Made by a program: the position numbers and the translations under genes. Positions 34,695 to 47,264 of a stretch of DNA of 64,000 bases are shown here, one piece after another (position 1 is the first letter of the stretch; each line of letters starts with the position of its first letter). The DNA is from Rebecca billardiae RCC1528 (lineage: Eukaryota; Protista; Haptophyta), in assembly GCA_965240325.2 (NCBI GenBank), contig OZ251232.1:1798001-1862000 (forward strand). Direction: 5' to 3'. The notes beneath the pieces were generated by a model. The model saw only the letters and a list, made by a program, of their open reading frames with translations. It ran no database searches and was not told where the DNA came from.

Positions 34695-34967
34695 CAGTTC
34701 ACCAATTGGCCGTCCTGTGCCGCCGCCAACCTTGCCTATTTGCCTAAGGCCCAGGAGCATCACAGCGAGTAGGTTGTTCGGGGTCGTTGTGCGAGAGCAC
34801 AGAGCAGGCTCAAAAGTCCCTCGTGGCACGAGAAGAGGGTGGCCAAGATGGCGGCCGGACTTGAGCTCGGCCGCCTGGCTCGGGCCGAATGGCAGGCAGG
34901 TGTTGATACGGCGCATTGCGCTCCCACCGTCCTCTTAGACAATCAGTTATTGTGCCAATAACCCCAC

Positions 34968-34991
34968 ATATATATATATATATATATATTA

Positions 34992-35043
<52 letters not shown>
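34968..35043. repeat. (TA)n followed by (TG)n microsatellite
   Basis: Seen directly. Confidence 0.95.
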
Positions 35044-35044
<1 letters not shown>

Positions 35045-35599
35045 TTTATATCAATATGCCATTCGTCGTATCGATATCGCGATCTGATGCTGCCGGCTAG
35101 CAGCAGACACGTGCATGATGACGACTCGATCATCATCATCTGTGCTGACGATGATTGCTGATGACGCGTACGACGCGATAGATATATATATGCGCTGATA
35201 TGCTGCTGATTGATGATAGTCATGGCCCGCGGTGCAGGGCGGAGCGCGCAGCGTGGAGCCCGCTCCGCGGGCACTAACCACGTTTCAACAAGATCTTTCA
35301 TTCTTTGATCAAAGAAAAAAGGGACGGGGGACGATTTTCAGGGCTGGAGGAGACCGAGTTTCGAATTTTGAGACCGCAAAGAGACATCTATACCAGCGAG
35401 AAAAGGAAGCGTCCGCTCTTTTGATAGTCAGAGGAATCAACGAAACCCACGTCCAAGTGACCGAGGGTGGGTAATTGTGGGTAGACTGTGACCATATAGT
35501 AAATAAGCACATGACCATAGTAAAACAAGCCTATCGCTGCCGCTACTAGGCGCGCGCCAGACACGGAGCGCGCGCACCAGTTGCGTCGCGCTGCGCACG

Positions 35600-36810
35600 G
35601 AGCATGCGTGACGAGATCGCGGCGGGGGCGGCGAGATCGCGGCGGGGGCGACGGGCAACAACCTGCCCGCGGGCGCGTTCGTCACTCGAGGAGCAGCGCG
35701 CAAGGGCGAGCCGAGTCCGGAGCACGCGAGCTCGTCGCTCGCCGCCCGGAGCAGAGCGCGCCGCCGACTGCCGAGCGAGCGGCGCGGCAGAGCTGATGAG
35801 CCGGATGCGCCCGGAGCTCGCGCGGCTGAAGGGCGAGCTCGAGCACGCGAGCTCGCGCCTCGACGCCGAGCGCGAGCTCCTCCTCAACTCGGTCGACGGC
35901 GGCGCGGAGGTGCAGCAGCGTGAGGACGAGCAGGAGCATCAGTGAAACGCGCGCCGGTTCCGGGTCGCGCAGCGGCGCCCAGCTGCCTGCACGCGAGCGG
36001 CGGCCACGTAGCGCGAGGAGCTGCGTGGGGAAATCGCCGCGCGCGTCGACGCGGCGATCACCGGGCTGCAGGCCTCGGCAATCGACGCGGTGCGCACCCT
36101 CGCCGCCAGCCGCGACGACTCCGCCGTCGAGCTGCAGCAGCTGCGCGCGCAGTAGATGCCAGAAGTGCCGATGGGCGGCGGCGTATCAGCAGGCTGACGT
36201 GCACGAGCACGTGACACGCGGAGGCGCTAGGCGCCACTAAGTAAGCTGGCGAAGTGCGGCGCCGAGCTCGACGAGCTGAGCGACGCGGCAACGGACGCGT
36301 TGGGCGCCCGCGCCGCCATCGTCGCGGCGCCCTCCTGCAGCTCGAGCAGCTGATGTGGATAGATGGCCGTCGAGGCGACCGCGGGTGTGACTCACACTCA
36401 CAGTGTGACTGTGAGTGAGCGCGCGCGGCTCAGCCTGCCGCTGGCAGCCGCCGTCTTCGAGGCCGACGCGGCGGAGGAGGCGGCGGGCGAGCACGGCGGC
36501 GCGGTGGAGCAGGCGCGCACGCGCGGCGGCAGGCGCGACGCGCCGCTCGCCTCGTTCCACCGCCCCGAGCTCCGCTCGGTCGGTCTCGGTGCGCGGCTGC
36601 GCAGCCGGCAGGTCGGCGGGCCAGCAGTGGCGCGCGCTCTCGCTCTGCCGGCACGAGGCGCGCCGGCTGAGCGACCAGCGGCCCGTCGTCGAGCGCATGG
36701 CGCAGGGCGAGTACCTCAAGCAGGTGCGCCCGCTCGCGCGCACGCGCCGGCTCGCGCCGCGCCAGCGCCTCTCGCCCTGCCTGCATGCGCGCGCGCGCGC
36801 CGGCCGCTAG
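35600..36810 (+). pseudogene. Degraded coiled-coil gene fragment
   Basis: Coding-like pieces ELMSRMRPELARLKGELEHASSRLDAERELLLNSV, LRGEIAARVDAAITGLQASAIDAVRTLAASRDDSAVELQQLRAQ*, and LSDQRPVVERMAQGEYLKQ followed by an intron-like gtgcgc. The pieces are broken by stops and frame changes. Confidence 0.4.
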
Positions 36811-37031
36811 TCCCCGCGGCGGCCCGCGGCGACAGGCCGACAGCCGACACGGTCCTCGGCCCGCCGGCCCGGTGGGCGGCAGTGACTGAGTTGGCGGTGG
36901 CAGCTCAGGCGAACTGTTACACATGTCAGACTGAGACAGCAGCCGACGGAGGGTGCACCGCGGGCCCCGAACTACGTTCGTTCTACGGAAAAAGACCGCG
37001 GAACGCGGTCAATATTGTCGTTCGTCAACAG

Positions 37032-40000
37032 TCACCAGTCATTATTCCCTCTGCCGCCGGGCGGTGGCGATGGTGCCCGCCGCAGCGGTGCGCGCCGTGC
37101 GGCATTCGCAACGGCCGATGAGTCGGCCGCGGTGACGTGCGACGCGTCGACTTGTGGCGTCGCGCTCGTCACGTGCGACGACGACTGCTCGGCCGAGCCC
37201 GGCAGCGTGTCGTGCGCCGGCAGCCCGAGTGTCACCATGCGGTCGAGCACGCGGCGGCGGCGCGCGACGGCGCGGTCGCGCCAGCCGTGGCTGCCCGCAC
37301 GCGTGAGTATGGTGGCGTGCGCGGACGAGGAGCGCCGGCCTGAGAAGTGCTTCCCACCCTGTCGCGCCGCGCGTACGCGCGTGTCCGTCTGCTCGACCGA
37401 GGCGAGGTCGAGGTCGTACGTGTGCAGTTTGGTGGTGAAGACGTGCGTGTCGCGCTGCAGCCCGTGCGAGCTCGTGCCCGCGCTCAGCATGACGCCCATC
37501 CGTGTCACGTTGGTCGGCGTCTTGCTCCGCGCCGCGCGCCGCGCGTCCTTGGCCCTCTCCGCGGCCGCGTTGGCTTCGGCGCGCAGCCGCTGCGCGCGCG
37601 CGGTCGCCGCACTCGTCACCATCGCCTCCTCCGCGTTCGCCGGCTCGGAGATCGAGACGCGTGGTGGGCGCGGTGGGCGCGCGCTGGCCGGCCGCGCCGC
37701 GGTGGCCGTCACCGCGTCCGCGGGCTCTGCGCCGCCGTCCGCGGCCGGCGCGCCGGCCGCTGCGCCGCCGTCGGCTGCGGCCGCGGCTCGCGCCGCCACC
37801 GCGTTCGCGCCCGCCGGCCGCCGCCGCTCCGGCGAGCCGCGCAGCGCCTGCAGCTCCCAGCGCGCCGAGCGATCGACAAACCCCGCCATGTCCCGTGCCA
37901 TCGCCGAGCGCTCCGCCGCCTCGAGCTCCGGCGTGCGCCGCGGCGTGAAGAGGTCGTCGATGGTCTTGGGCCGCGCGTGCCGCTTCGGCGCGTGCGCTCG
38001 GAAGCGCGTGCCAGCGCGCGCCGCGCTCGCGCTGCTGGCCGCGGCGCCCGCTGAGGCGCTCGCCGCGCCCGCCGCCGCGCTGAGCCGATCGCCCGCGCCC
38101 TTTGCGGGCGAGAGCGCCGACGCCGCGACCTTGCCCCACTGCTCGGCCGCCGCGCCGGACGTTGAGGAGTGCTCGCTCACCATCGAGCCAAACGTGGCGG
38201 CGAGCGGCGCGGGCGGGGGCGTCGGCGCTGCCTGCCGCGGCGGCGGTTGCGGCGGCGCGGGCTGCAGCTGCGAGGCGGGCTTGGGTGCGGCGCGCGCTGC
38301 CAGGCTCACGGGCGCGCCCGCGCTCGCCGCCGCCGCGGCCGCGGCCGCCTCCGCCTCCATCTGACTCTTGAGCTGCACAGAGGAGCCAATGTACTGCTGC
38401 ACGGCGGAGGACGCCTGCGCGAACGCCTCGCGCACCGCGTCCGCCGTCTCCTGCGTGGCGGGCGCGTGCTTCGACTGCGCGACCGCGGCGGCGATGCCGG
38501 TGAAGGTGCTCGCCGCGTGGTGCCCCGCTCGGCCCACGACGATCGCCTTGCCCGCCCGCCACGCGCGGTTTGTCGAGTCCATCTCCACCGGCACGAGCGA
38601 GCGCCAGCTGGTGCGCGCGTCGATCTGCCAGCCCTTCGCGCGCCCAAACGTGCCCACGTTCTCGCCCTTGAGCGACCAGAGCGACACGTTGCCGTCGGCG
38701 CACGCGGTGACCACCTGCGCCGAGCAGCGGCCGAGGGCGCGGCCGCGTGGTGCGCGCGGCCGCGCGCGCGCGCGCGGAGGGCGGGGCCACTGGGTGAGCG
38801 CCGCGCGCGCAGCCGGCCGCCGCGCGGCCGCCACGCACGCCTGCCCGCCAGCCTGGTGCGCGGCGGCAGGGCCTTCCTACCGGTACCACGCTGCCGGCGC
38901 GACTGTGCGGGCTGCAGCGCGCGCGCGCCGCGGGCGGCGCGGCCCACGCGCGGCGCGCGCCGCGGAGAGGCGCGCGCGCACCATCCGGCGCGAGGAGAGC
39001 AAGTCCACAGAGACGAGCCCGCGCCTGTGCGCGCGCCACCAAAAGGCCTGCTTGAGGTACCGGCCGCGCTCGGCGGCGGTCGACTTTGGCGGGAGCGCCA
39101 TCGTGCCCACCGAGTTGGGCTTGGTGGGCTCGGCGCCGCCGCCGCCGAACGCTCCGAGCCTGTGCACGCTGGCCGCGCGGCGCAGCGAGTGCAGCCCCGC
39201 CGCGCCGCGCCCCGACGCATCGCTCGCGCCGGGCTGCTCAAACGACGACCACGCGTGCTCCTCGACCTCCCACACCTTCACCCAGCCCGCCGTGTCCGCC
39301 GTGAGCACGAGCTCGTTGGACGCGTCCGTGACCAGGCCGACGAGGCCCTCGCCCTCCAGGTGGTCCGCGGGGAGCCGCGCGGTGCACTGGCCGCGGAAGA
39401 CGTCCCACGCGCTGATGCACCCGTCGCCGCCGACCGAGAGCAGCGGCATGCGCGGCTTGGCGCTGAGGAAGAGGAGCCGCTCGATGCTGCCGTCCTCGTC
39501 CTCCTCGTCCACGCCGGCCGCGCCGGCCGCGCCGCCCGCCGCGCCGGCCGCGCCGCCGTCTCGCGAGCGGCGGCGCGCGCCGCTCGGCGCGCTCGCGTAC
39601 CGGTGCAGGCACTGCGACGCGAGCTCGCCGATGCCCGACTTCTTGCCGAGCGCGGCGTCCGCGCTGACCGGCGCGGTCAGCTTGGGGCGGAGCGTGCGCA
39701 GCGCGCGCACGCCCGGCTTGCCGTCCACGTCCGCGAACGAGTCGAGCTCCCAGACGATCACCTCGCCGTCGTACGCGGCGGTGACCATGAGCACCTGCGG
39801 CGAGGAGGGCAGCTGCAGCACGGCGATCGCCGTGATGTCCTCCGTGTGCAGCTGCGAGCGGACCGAGCACTCGACCGTCTCAGACGGCTCGCGAGAGTCG
39901 GGGAAGAGGCTGATGGCCTGCTCGCGGGCGCGGGCGCGGGCGCGCGGCGTGGTGTCGCGCAGCGGGTGCGCGGCGGTGGGCGGGCGGGCGCGCGGCGTGG

Positions 40001-42674
40001 TGTCGATCAGCGGCGCGGTGGGCGGACACGCGCTCGGGCGGGCCCGACAGCGCGCGCGCGCCGCGCTCGGCGCGCCGCGCCAGCCAGCCCCGCCGCCCCG
40101 CCGCCCCGCCACGGCGCTTGCGCGCGCTTGCGCGCGCTTGCGCGCACCTTGTGCTGCGACGGTGTGTCTGGGTAGATGCACAGCGCCTTGGACCAGCCCA
40201 CCGTCACGAACAGACCCGAGCGCGACTTGGTGGGCGGGATGTGCGCGACGCCCGTCACCTCGACGGCGTCCGACGCCGGCGAGACGCACGCCTTCAGGCA
40301 CTCGCCGGACGAGAAGTTCCACACGCGCACCGAGCCGTCGTGCGCGCCAGAGATGAGCCGCCGGCCGGTCGAGTCGAACGCGAGCGAGGTCACCTTGGAG
40401 ACGCCGTGCGCGGACTCGAAGCGGCCGAGGAGCTGGCCGTTCTCCGCCTTCCACACGGCGAGGGTGGACATCTCGTCCGCCGAGATCACCACGTCGAACT
40501 GCGGGTTGTAGATCGCGAGCGAGACCGGGTGGTCGTGCGTGCTCCGCTCCTGCCGCGAGCCGAGCCTGGACGCCCACACGCACGGCGCGGTGTGCGCGGT
40601 GAGCAGCGCGTTCGTGCGCGGGTCGATGCCCATGCAGCTCACGTCGAGGTTGGAGACCTCGACCGAGCCGCGCTGGTCGCCGAGCTGCGTCTTGGTCGGG
40701 TCGTTGAGCAGCTGCACGCACCGCAGCGAGCGCACGTCCCACAGCCGGACCGAGCCGTCCGAGCCGAGCGAGAGCAGCTGCGTCGCGCCCGACACCTCGA
40801 GCACCTTGTGCACGGGCGACGTGTGCCCGCGCAGCACCGCCTGCGGCTTCCGAGACATGCCGAGGTTGGTGGGCCAGAGCAGGATGTCGTGGTCGAGGCC
40901 GGAGGAGACGAGCGCCTCGATCGAGCCGAGGTACGCGATCGACTGGATCGACTTGGTGTGCCCGCGCAGCCGGTGCAGCACGGCGCCGCTCTCGAGGCTC
41001 GTGATCGCGATCGAGCGGTCGAGCGAGCCGGTCGCGAGCGTGCCGCCGCCGCCAAAGTGGGACACCTCGCTGGAGGGGATCCACGCGGCGCACGTGATCC
41101 AGTCGGAGTGCACGAGCTCGAGCCGCGCCGCCGCGCTCAGCTTGGGCTGCCGGATCGGCGTGTGCGGGTACAGCTTGCTCGCGTGCATGCAGAACGCGAC
41201 CAGCTCGAAGACGGCCAGGTCGCCGCGCGCGTCGCCAATCACGAGCGCCGTGCGCCACTCGCGCTTCGACATGCCCGCGGGGCCGCCGACCTCCGCGACG
41301 GGCAGCGCGCGCGGCGCGAGGATCATCATCGTCGGCTCGTTGCTCAGCTGCATCCGCCCGTACGGCACGAACCGCCGCGCCTCCCAGCTCGAGCAGTCGT
41401 ACAGTAGCACGTGCCGGTCGGCCGTGCCCACCATCACCGTGTTGCGCTCGTGCGCGTGCAGCACCGTCGAGATCCACGGGTCGTTCGCCGAGCCGACGAA
41501 GGGCGAGCGCGCCTTGTCCGCGCGCGGGAGGAAGTCGGCGTTGGCGAACGAGCGCTCCAGCCGCAGGTCGTACGCCTCCCACAGCGCGAGCACGCCGTCG
41601 CTCGACGCGGTGAGCACCTTGTGCGCGTCCGCGAGCGGCAGCACGTGCGTGACCGCCGTGCCGTGCGCGCGCGACGTGGCCGAGGTCGAGAGGACGGGCG
41701 GGAGGTACATGTTGGGCAGCGCGCGCGCCTGCGCGTCGCGCGAGTCCATCAGCGCCTTGTTGTGCAGCACCATGAACGAGAGGAACTCGTCCCACGACAC
41801 CGAGCCGTCCGAGTTCGAGTCGACCTTCATGAAGATCTCGCGCAGCGACTCGTCTGAAGTGCCGAGCAGCACGTGCCGGAACACGCGCAGGAATTCGTCA
41901 ATGTCGAGCGTGGACGAGCCGTCGAGGTCCGCCTGCTCGAAGAGCGTGCGCAGCCGCACGATCTCCGCCATCCCGAGCTTCTCCAGGTTCGTCAGCCCGC
42001 CGACGAGCGACGCGCGCCGCCGCCGCGCGGAGGTCATCGGCGCGCCGTCGTCCGACTTGCGCGCGGACGCGCGCCGGCTCGAGCCGGGCGGCGCCGACGA
42101 CGACGAGCCCTCAGCCGCCGCGCCGGCGGCCACGAGGGTGAGGTTGAGGCCCGGCGGCGCGGCGGGCTCGCTCGGCGCGGCGCCCGCGGCGGGCGAGCGC
42201 GGCGCCCGCGCCTTCCCCTCCTCCGCCTCCTCCTCCTCGGCGATGCCGGCCGTCGCCATGCGCGTGATCATCGGCGGCGCCCCCGGCCGGCCGCTCCCCG
42301 GCCGAGCGCGCGGCTGGGCGGGGGTCGCGTCCGGCGTGGGCATTCGCCGCCCGATCGATCGGCGTGTCTCGCCGCGCCGCCTCCGCGCCTGCCGGTCCTC
42401 CGCCGAGGCGTGCGCCTCCGCCACCTCCGCCTTCCGCGCCGCCGCCACCGCCGCCATCACGTCCTTCGTCCCGCTCGCCGGCATGCTCTGTCCGGCCGCC
42501 AGCTGATAGAAGGCAAACCAGTCCACCTCCGCGTCCGCGACGGCCTCGTCGCCGTCGGGCGGGCCGAGGCCGTCGGCGGCGGGCGCGGGCGCCGCGCCGC
42601 CGGCGGCCGAGGCGCGCCGCGCCTGCTCGTCGCCGCCCCCGCCGCGCGCCTCGCCCTCGCCCTCGCCGCCGCCG

Positions 42675-42713
<39 letters not shown>

Positions 42714-43723
42714 TCGTCATCGCGGTCGTCGCCGCCATCGTCGCTGTCGGTGCGGCTGCGGCCGCTGCTGCTGCGATAGTCCGAGCTCCAGCCCTCCTCG
42801 GCCTCGTCGTCGTCCCAGCTCTCGTCGTCGTCGTCGTCCTCGCCCGAGTCGCTCAGCGAGCCCGCCCCGAGCGCACGCACCTGCGCCGCGATCCTCCGCT
42901 GCGTCTCGCCGTCGATGAGCAGCGGGTTCTCGCCCACCTCCGCGCCCAGGCTGCGCACGACAGAGTTGCGCGGCTTGGCGAGCGAGAGCGCGATCGCCTC
43001 CGCGGCCGGCTTGGAGCGGCGGGCGAGGTCGGCGAGCTGCTGCGCGTTCTCCTGCTCGGCCGCCATCTCGACGGTCGAGAGGAACGCGTCGTTGCGCAGC
43101 GCGCGCGACGAGGACAGCGCCGGCTTGCGCCGCTCGCGCACGACGGGCTGCCGGCGCGGCACGGACGCAGACTTGGGCCGGAGCGAGCCGGCGCCGTCGT
43201 GCAGCACCTGGTCGCTGGCGGGGATGCGCGAGGCGGTGGCCGGGCGCGTGCGCTCGCGGCCCTGCTCCACCTGCGCGGCGATCCGCCGGAGCTCCGCGCT
43301 CTGCTCGACCGTCGACGTGAGCTCCTCGGCAGTCATGCCGCCCAGCCGCATGCTCAGCTCGCGCATCGCCTGCGTGCGCGGCGACGGCGGCACGTGCACC
43401 GAGCTGCGACGGCGCTCCATGCGGCTGGGCGTGGCGGATTGGGTGGAGGCGCCGTACGACGGGGCGAGCTTGTACAGGTCCATCCGGTATTTCTGCTCGA
43501 ACTGCGAGCGCTCGTGCTGCGCCTGTATCTGCTCGGGCGAGCGCGAGCGCGACCGCCGCGCTGGCCGGCCGACGCCGCGCGCCTCGAGGCGTGCGAGGCG
43601 TGCGGGCGCCGCGACGTTGGCAGTGGGATCGCCCATCCGCTGCGCCGCGCTCATCGGCCGCGAGCGCGTGCCGCTCGCCGGCACGACGCCCGCGTCGGCG
43701 AGCGACCGGAATGGCTCGATCAT
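37032..43723 (-). CDS. EF-hand + WD40-repeat protein (WDR49/EFCAB8/WDR64-like, probably ciliary), ~2060 aa, exons 43723-40148, 39917-38982, 38714-37032
   Basis: EF-hands [13 protein letters not shown] and [13 protein letters not shown] are followed by many WD40 repeats ([31 protein letters not shown]). Two phase-0 GTGCGC..CAG introns link ORF frames 40007, 38877 and 37032. The exact start codon is uncertain. Confidence 0.85.
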
Positions 43724-43932
43724 GGTGCAGCCGCCACCGTGTAACCCGTGTAACCCCCGGCAGCATTTTTCCCGGCGGAGAAAAGATTGAATCTGCCGAT
43801 GTCTGGCGAACGAAGTCCGGCTCCTCACTGAGTGGGAGGGTCCGGTCCGCTCCATCCGCCATCGCCCGCAAGCGCGGCGGTCGACGAACAGCCCGCGGCG
43901 CGCGCGCGTCCCCCTGCCGTGCGCTCGCCGAG
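43724..43932. promoter_or_regulatory. Putative 209-bp bidirectional promoter (WD40 gene / RPT3)
   Basis: Short gap between divergent ATGs; contains the direct repeat ccgtgtaac-ccgtgtaac. Confidence 0.5.
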
Positions 43933-45330
43933 ATGGCGGCGATGGAGGTGGACATGGCTGTGAGCGCGCTCCACGAGAGCAAGCCCTCCGCCCACGCCGG
44001 CGCGGGCGGCATCCCCGACGACGAGCTCTACGTCAAGATGAAGGGCCTGCAGAAGCAGCTCGAGTTCCTCGAAATCCAGGAGGAGTACATCAAGAACGAG
44101 ACGCAGGCGCTCAAGCGCGAGCTCGTGCGCGCGAAGGAGGAGGTGAAGCGGATCCAGAGCGTCCCGCTCGTGATCGGCCAGTTCCACGAGGTCATCGACC
44201 ACAACCACGGCATCGTCGGCTCGACGACGGGCTCGAACTACTACGTGCGGATCCTCTCGACGCTCAACCGCGAGCTGCTCAAGCCGGGCGCGTCGGTGGC
44301 GCTGCACAGGCACTCGAACGCGGTGGTGGACGTGCTCCCGCCCGAGGCCGACTCGTCCATCTCGATGATGTCCGCCGACGAGACGCCCGACGTCTCGTAC
44401 AACGACATCGGCGGCGCAGACATCCAGAAGCAGGAGATGCGCGAGGCGGTCGAGCTGCCGCTCACGCACTTCGAGCTGTACAAGCAGATCGGCATCGACC
44501 CGCCGCGCGGCGTGCTGCTGTACGGGCCGCCCGGCACGGGCAAGACGATGCTCGCCAAGGCGGTCGCGCACCACACCACCGCCGCCTTCATCCGCGTCGT
44601 CGGCTCGGAGTTTGTGCAGAAGTACCTCGGCGAGGGGCCGAGGATGGTGCGCGACGTCTTCCGGCTCGCGCGCGAGAACGCGCCGGCGATCATCTTCATC
44701 GACGAGGTGGACGCGATCGCGACGAAGCGGTTCGACGCGCAGACCGGCGCCGACCGCGAGGTGCAGCGCATCCTCCTCGAGCTGCTCAACCAGATGGACG
44801 GCTTCGACCAGACGGTCAACGTGAAGGTGATCATGGCGACCAACCGCGCAGACACGCTCGACCCGGCACTGCTGCGCCCCGGCCGGCTCGACCGGAAGAT
44901 CGAGTTCCCGCAGCCGGGGCGGCGCGAGAAGCGGCTCATCTTCCAGGTGCTCACCGCCAAGATGAACCTCGCCGACGACGTCGACCTCGAGGACTACGTC
45001 TCGCGCCCCGAGAAGCTCTCGGGCGCGGAGATCTCGTGCATCGTGCAGGAGGCCGGCATGCACGCCGTGCGCGCCAACCGGTATATCGTCTTGCCCAAGG
45101 ACTTCGAGAAGGGGTACAAGGTGCGCCGCTGCGCCGCCGCGAGCCGAGTGGCGTCGACGCGCGCACGAGACGCGGCGCGGCCAGCCCCTCGCCACGCCCG
45201 CCCACCCGCGCCTCGCAAGCGTGACGCGCGTGCATGATATGCGCCTCCACGCACTCGCTGCCCGCCCGCGTGCGCGCGCGCGCAGGCGAACACCAAGAAG
45301 AACGAGAAGGACTTTGACTTCTACACGTAA
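43933..45330 (+). CDS. RPT3: 26S proteasome regulatory AAA-ATPase subunit 6B, 410 aa, exons 43933-45120 and 45286-45330
   Basis: [16 protein letters not shown], Walker A GPPGTGKT, Walker [43 protein letters not shown]. The spliced C-terminus KDFDFYT ends in an HbYX motif. Confidence 0.98.
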
Positions 45331-45883
45331 GCGGCGCCGCCGGGGCCGCGGGCACAACGGACTGGCGAGCGCTGGCTTGCGAGCCCAGACGCATGTTCGA
45401 AGCGGCTGTTGACATCTTCTGCAGACTGAATGACGACTCCGGGGCCGCGATCTGCGGCGGATCTGCCGATCCGTATGCGGCGCAGAATCTGGCTTGCATC
45501 GGACTGATGAGTGATGACTGCGGCCGATGGCGATGCCCGCTGGCCGATGGCCCGGCGATGATCGTAGTCGGACGATGCTGCCATTGCGCCATCCGCGCCG
45601 GCGATGATGAGTAGTGATCGATCTCAGCCGGCGCACCAGATTCCAGGGCCCCGCGGCCGCGGCGCTGCTGGCGGCCCGGCGCCTGACCGCCGCCTGGCGC
45701 CTGGCGGCTGGGCCGCGCAGCCAGGCAGCCTGCGGCTGCGCGCCTGGCCGCAGGGCCTGGGAGTGGGCGGGCGGCGCGGGCCCCCGCCGCCCGCGCGGTC
45801 AGCATCGTCCGTCATCATCGTCATCATCTGCGCGCGCTATGTAACAGTATAGTGAGCGATGACGCGATCGATAGCAGCAGCCA

Positions 45884-47101
45884 CTAGTACGCTGCTGCCT
45901 CAGACTCGGCCAGCGGAGGTGCTGCTTCGTTAGCTGGGTCTGAGAGGTTGGCGAGCGTTTCCTCGAACACGGCGCGGGCCGCGTGGAGGTTGGTCAGCGT
46001 CATCGCCGGCTGGATGGAAGGGTCTGAGGTGATGACCATGAGGTAGGTGTTCGTTGTGAAGCCCTCTATGAACGCCGAGAAGCTCGCGTTGTGGACCTGC
46101 GCGCGGGCGCGCCCTCCGACCGTCGTGAGTGCCCGCCAGCGTGCGCCGCGCGCGCCGCGCGCGGCCCCCACGCGCGTGCGCAGCCGCTCGCACCTGCATG
46201 CTCGAGAATTGTGCCTGCGTCTTCGAGCAGGACAACTTGAACTGCTTGATGATGTTGGAGATCTTCTCGAAGCGGTGCGGATCCGCGTGCCCGCGCAGAA
46301 CCGCCTGCGAGATGACCAGGAACGTCGCGCGCTCGAAGATGACGAGCTCGTCCGCGCAGCACGCCGTGCACAGCGCGGTCAGGTGCTGCTCTAGCAGCCC
46401 AGCGTTCGGCACGAGGGAGTACACCATCGTGGACCACGCCTGCGCGGCGCGGCGTAGCGGGGGCGCGACGCGGATGCGCCCGTGAGCGCGGCACGCCCAC
46501 GACGGCGCACTGCCGCCGCACCCTGCGCACGCGCAGGTCGGCAGACAGCAAGCGGGCTGCGCGGGCCGCACGTGGGCGCAGCGGCCGTCACCTTGTACAG
46601 CGTCTCATCCCAGATCGAGGTCTGGAAGCAGTGCACGTCCATCTTGCCGATGCCCGCCGCGATCTTCTTGAGGTCGGCTTCTCGTTGGCGGAAGACGGGC
46701 TCGCGCCGCTCCTCGGGCAGCATGTCCATCTTGTGCACCATCACGAAGATCTTCGCGTTGGCCGAGTTGTGCTGCAGCGCCTCGAGGCAAGACGTGAAGT
46801 AGTGCATGTCCTTCTGCAGCTCATGCGATTCGATGTCGAAGACGTAGATGAGGACCTGCACGTTGCGGAAGATGTGGTCGCGTTGAGACTGGAAGTAGTT
46901 CTCCACGAAGTCCTCCTGCCCGCCGCAATCCCACAGGTTGAGCACGAGGTTGCCCAGGAAGCGCACGTGCGAGTGCTCGACGTCGATCGTTGGGCACAGC
47001 CGCATCGTGTCGCGCGCGAGGTAGTTGGCGAAGATGATCGAGCGCATCGAAGTCTTGCCAGCGCCGGACTTGCCCATCAGCAGCACCTTCTTGAGCGACA
47101 T
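45884..47101 (-). CDS. RRAGA: Rag GTPase RagA/B (Gtr1), 322 aa, exons 47101-46592, 46439-46194, 46096-45884
   Basis: [44 protein letters not shown]|[20 protein letters not shown]. Two GT-AG introns are in phase. Confidence 0.97.
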
Positions 47102-47264
47102 GGCCCCGCGTCGCGCCCGCGAGCGCGCTGCAGACCGTGCGTGACGCTTCGGTCGGCCCGGGCAGCCCTGCTGATTCGGCGGTCGTAGTTTTCGAAAGCG
47201 CGACGAATTTCGCGCGACGAGAATTGAATAAAAAGGCCAGCATCACTGACGGACTTGCTAGCTA

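Larger units (their letters stand above)
25332..34967 (-). mobile_element. Non-autonomous element with split direct repeats (TOC1/PAT/Ngaro-like tyrosine-recombinase retroelement architecture) inserted in (TA)n
   Basis: Repeat A (219 bp) lies at 25332-25550 and 26167-26385. Repeat B (464 bp) lies at 25703-26166 and at 33489-34967, where it is interrupted by an insertion. Order is A-spacer-B-A-internal-B. The internal junction ccccac|gtctag equals the right end fused to the left end. No coding capacity recognised. Strand assigned only by analogy with TOC1. Confidence 0.7.

Noticed and set aside
25332-34967. Canonical Helitron call
   Set aside because: Termini are not 5'-TC...CTRR-3' in an A^T site on either strand, and there is no Rep/helicase. 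A non-canonical rolling-circle origin is kept only as an alternative.
43591-43932. N-terminal extension of the RPT3 ORF (and of ORFs 58904 and 60597)
   Set aside because: Upstream non-ATG starts in GC-rich DNA. Homology or signal peptides begin at ATGs 43933, 59084 and 61158.
43825-45636. 603-aa antisense ORF (likewise 58988..60781-, 61218..62771-, 38169..40356+)
   Set aside because: Antisense shadows of real genes caused by high GC3.
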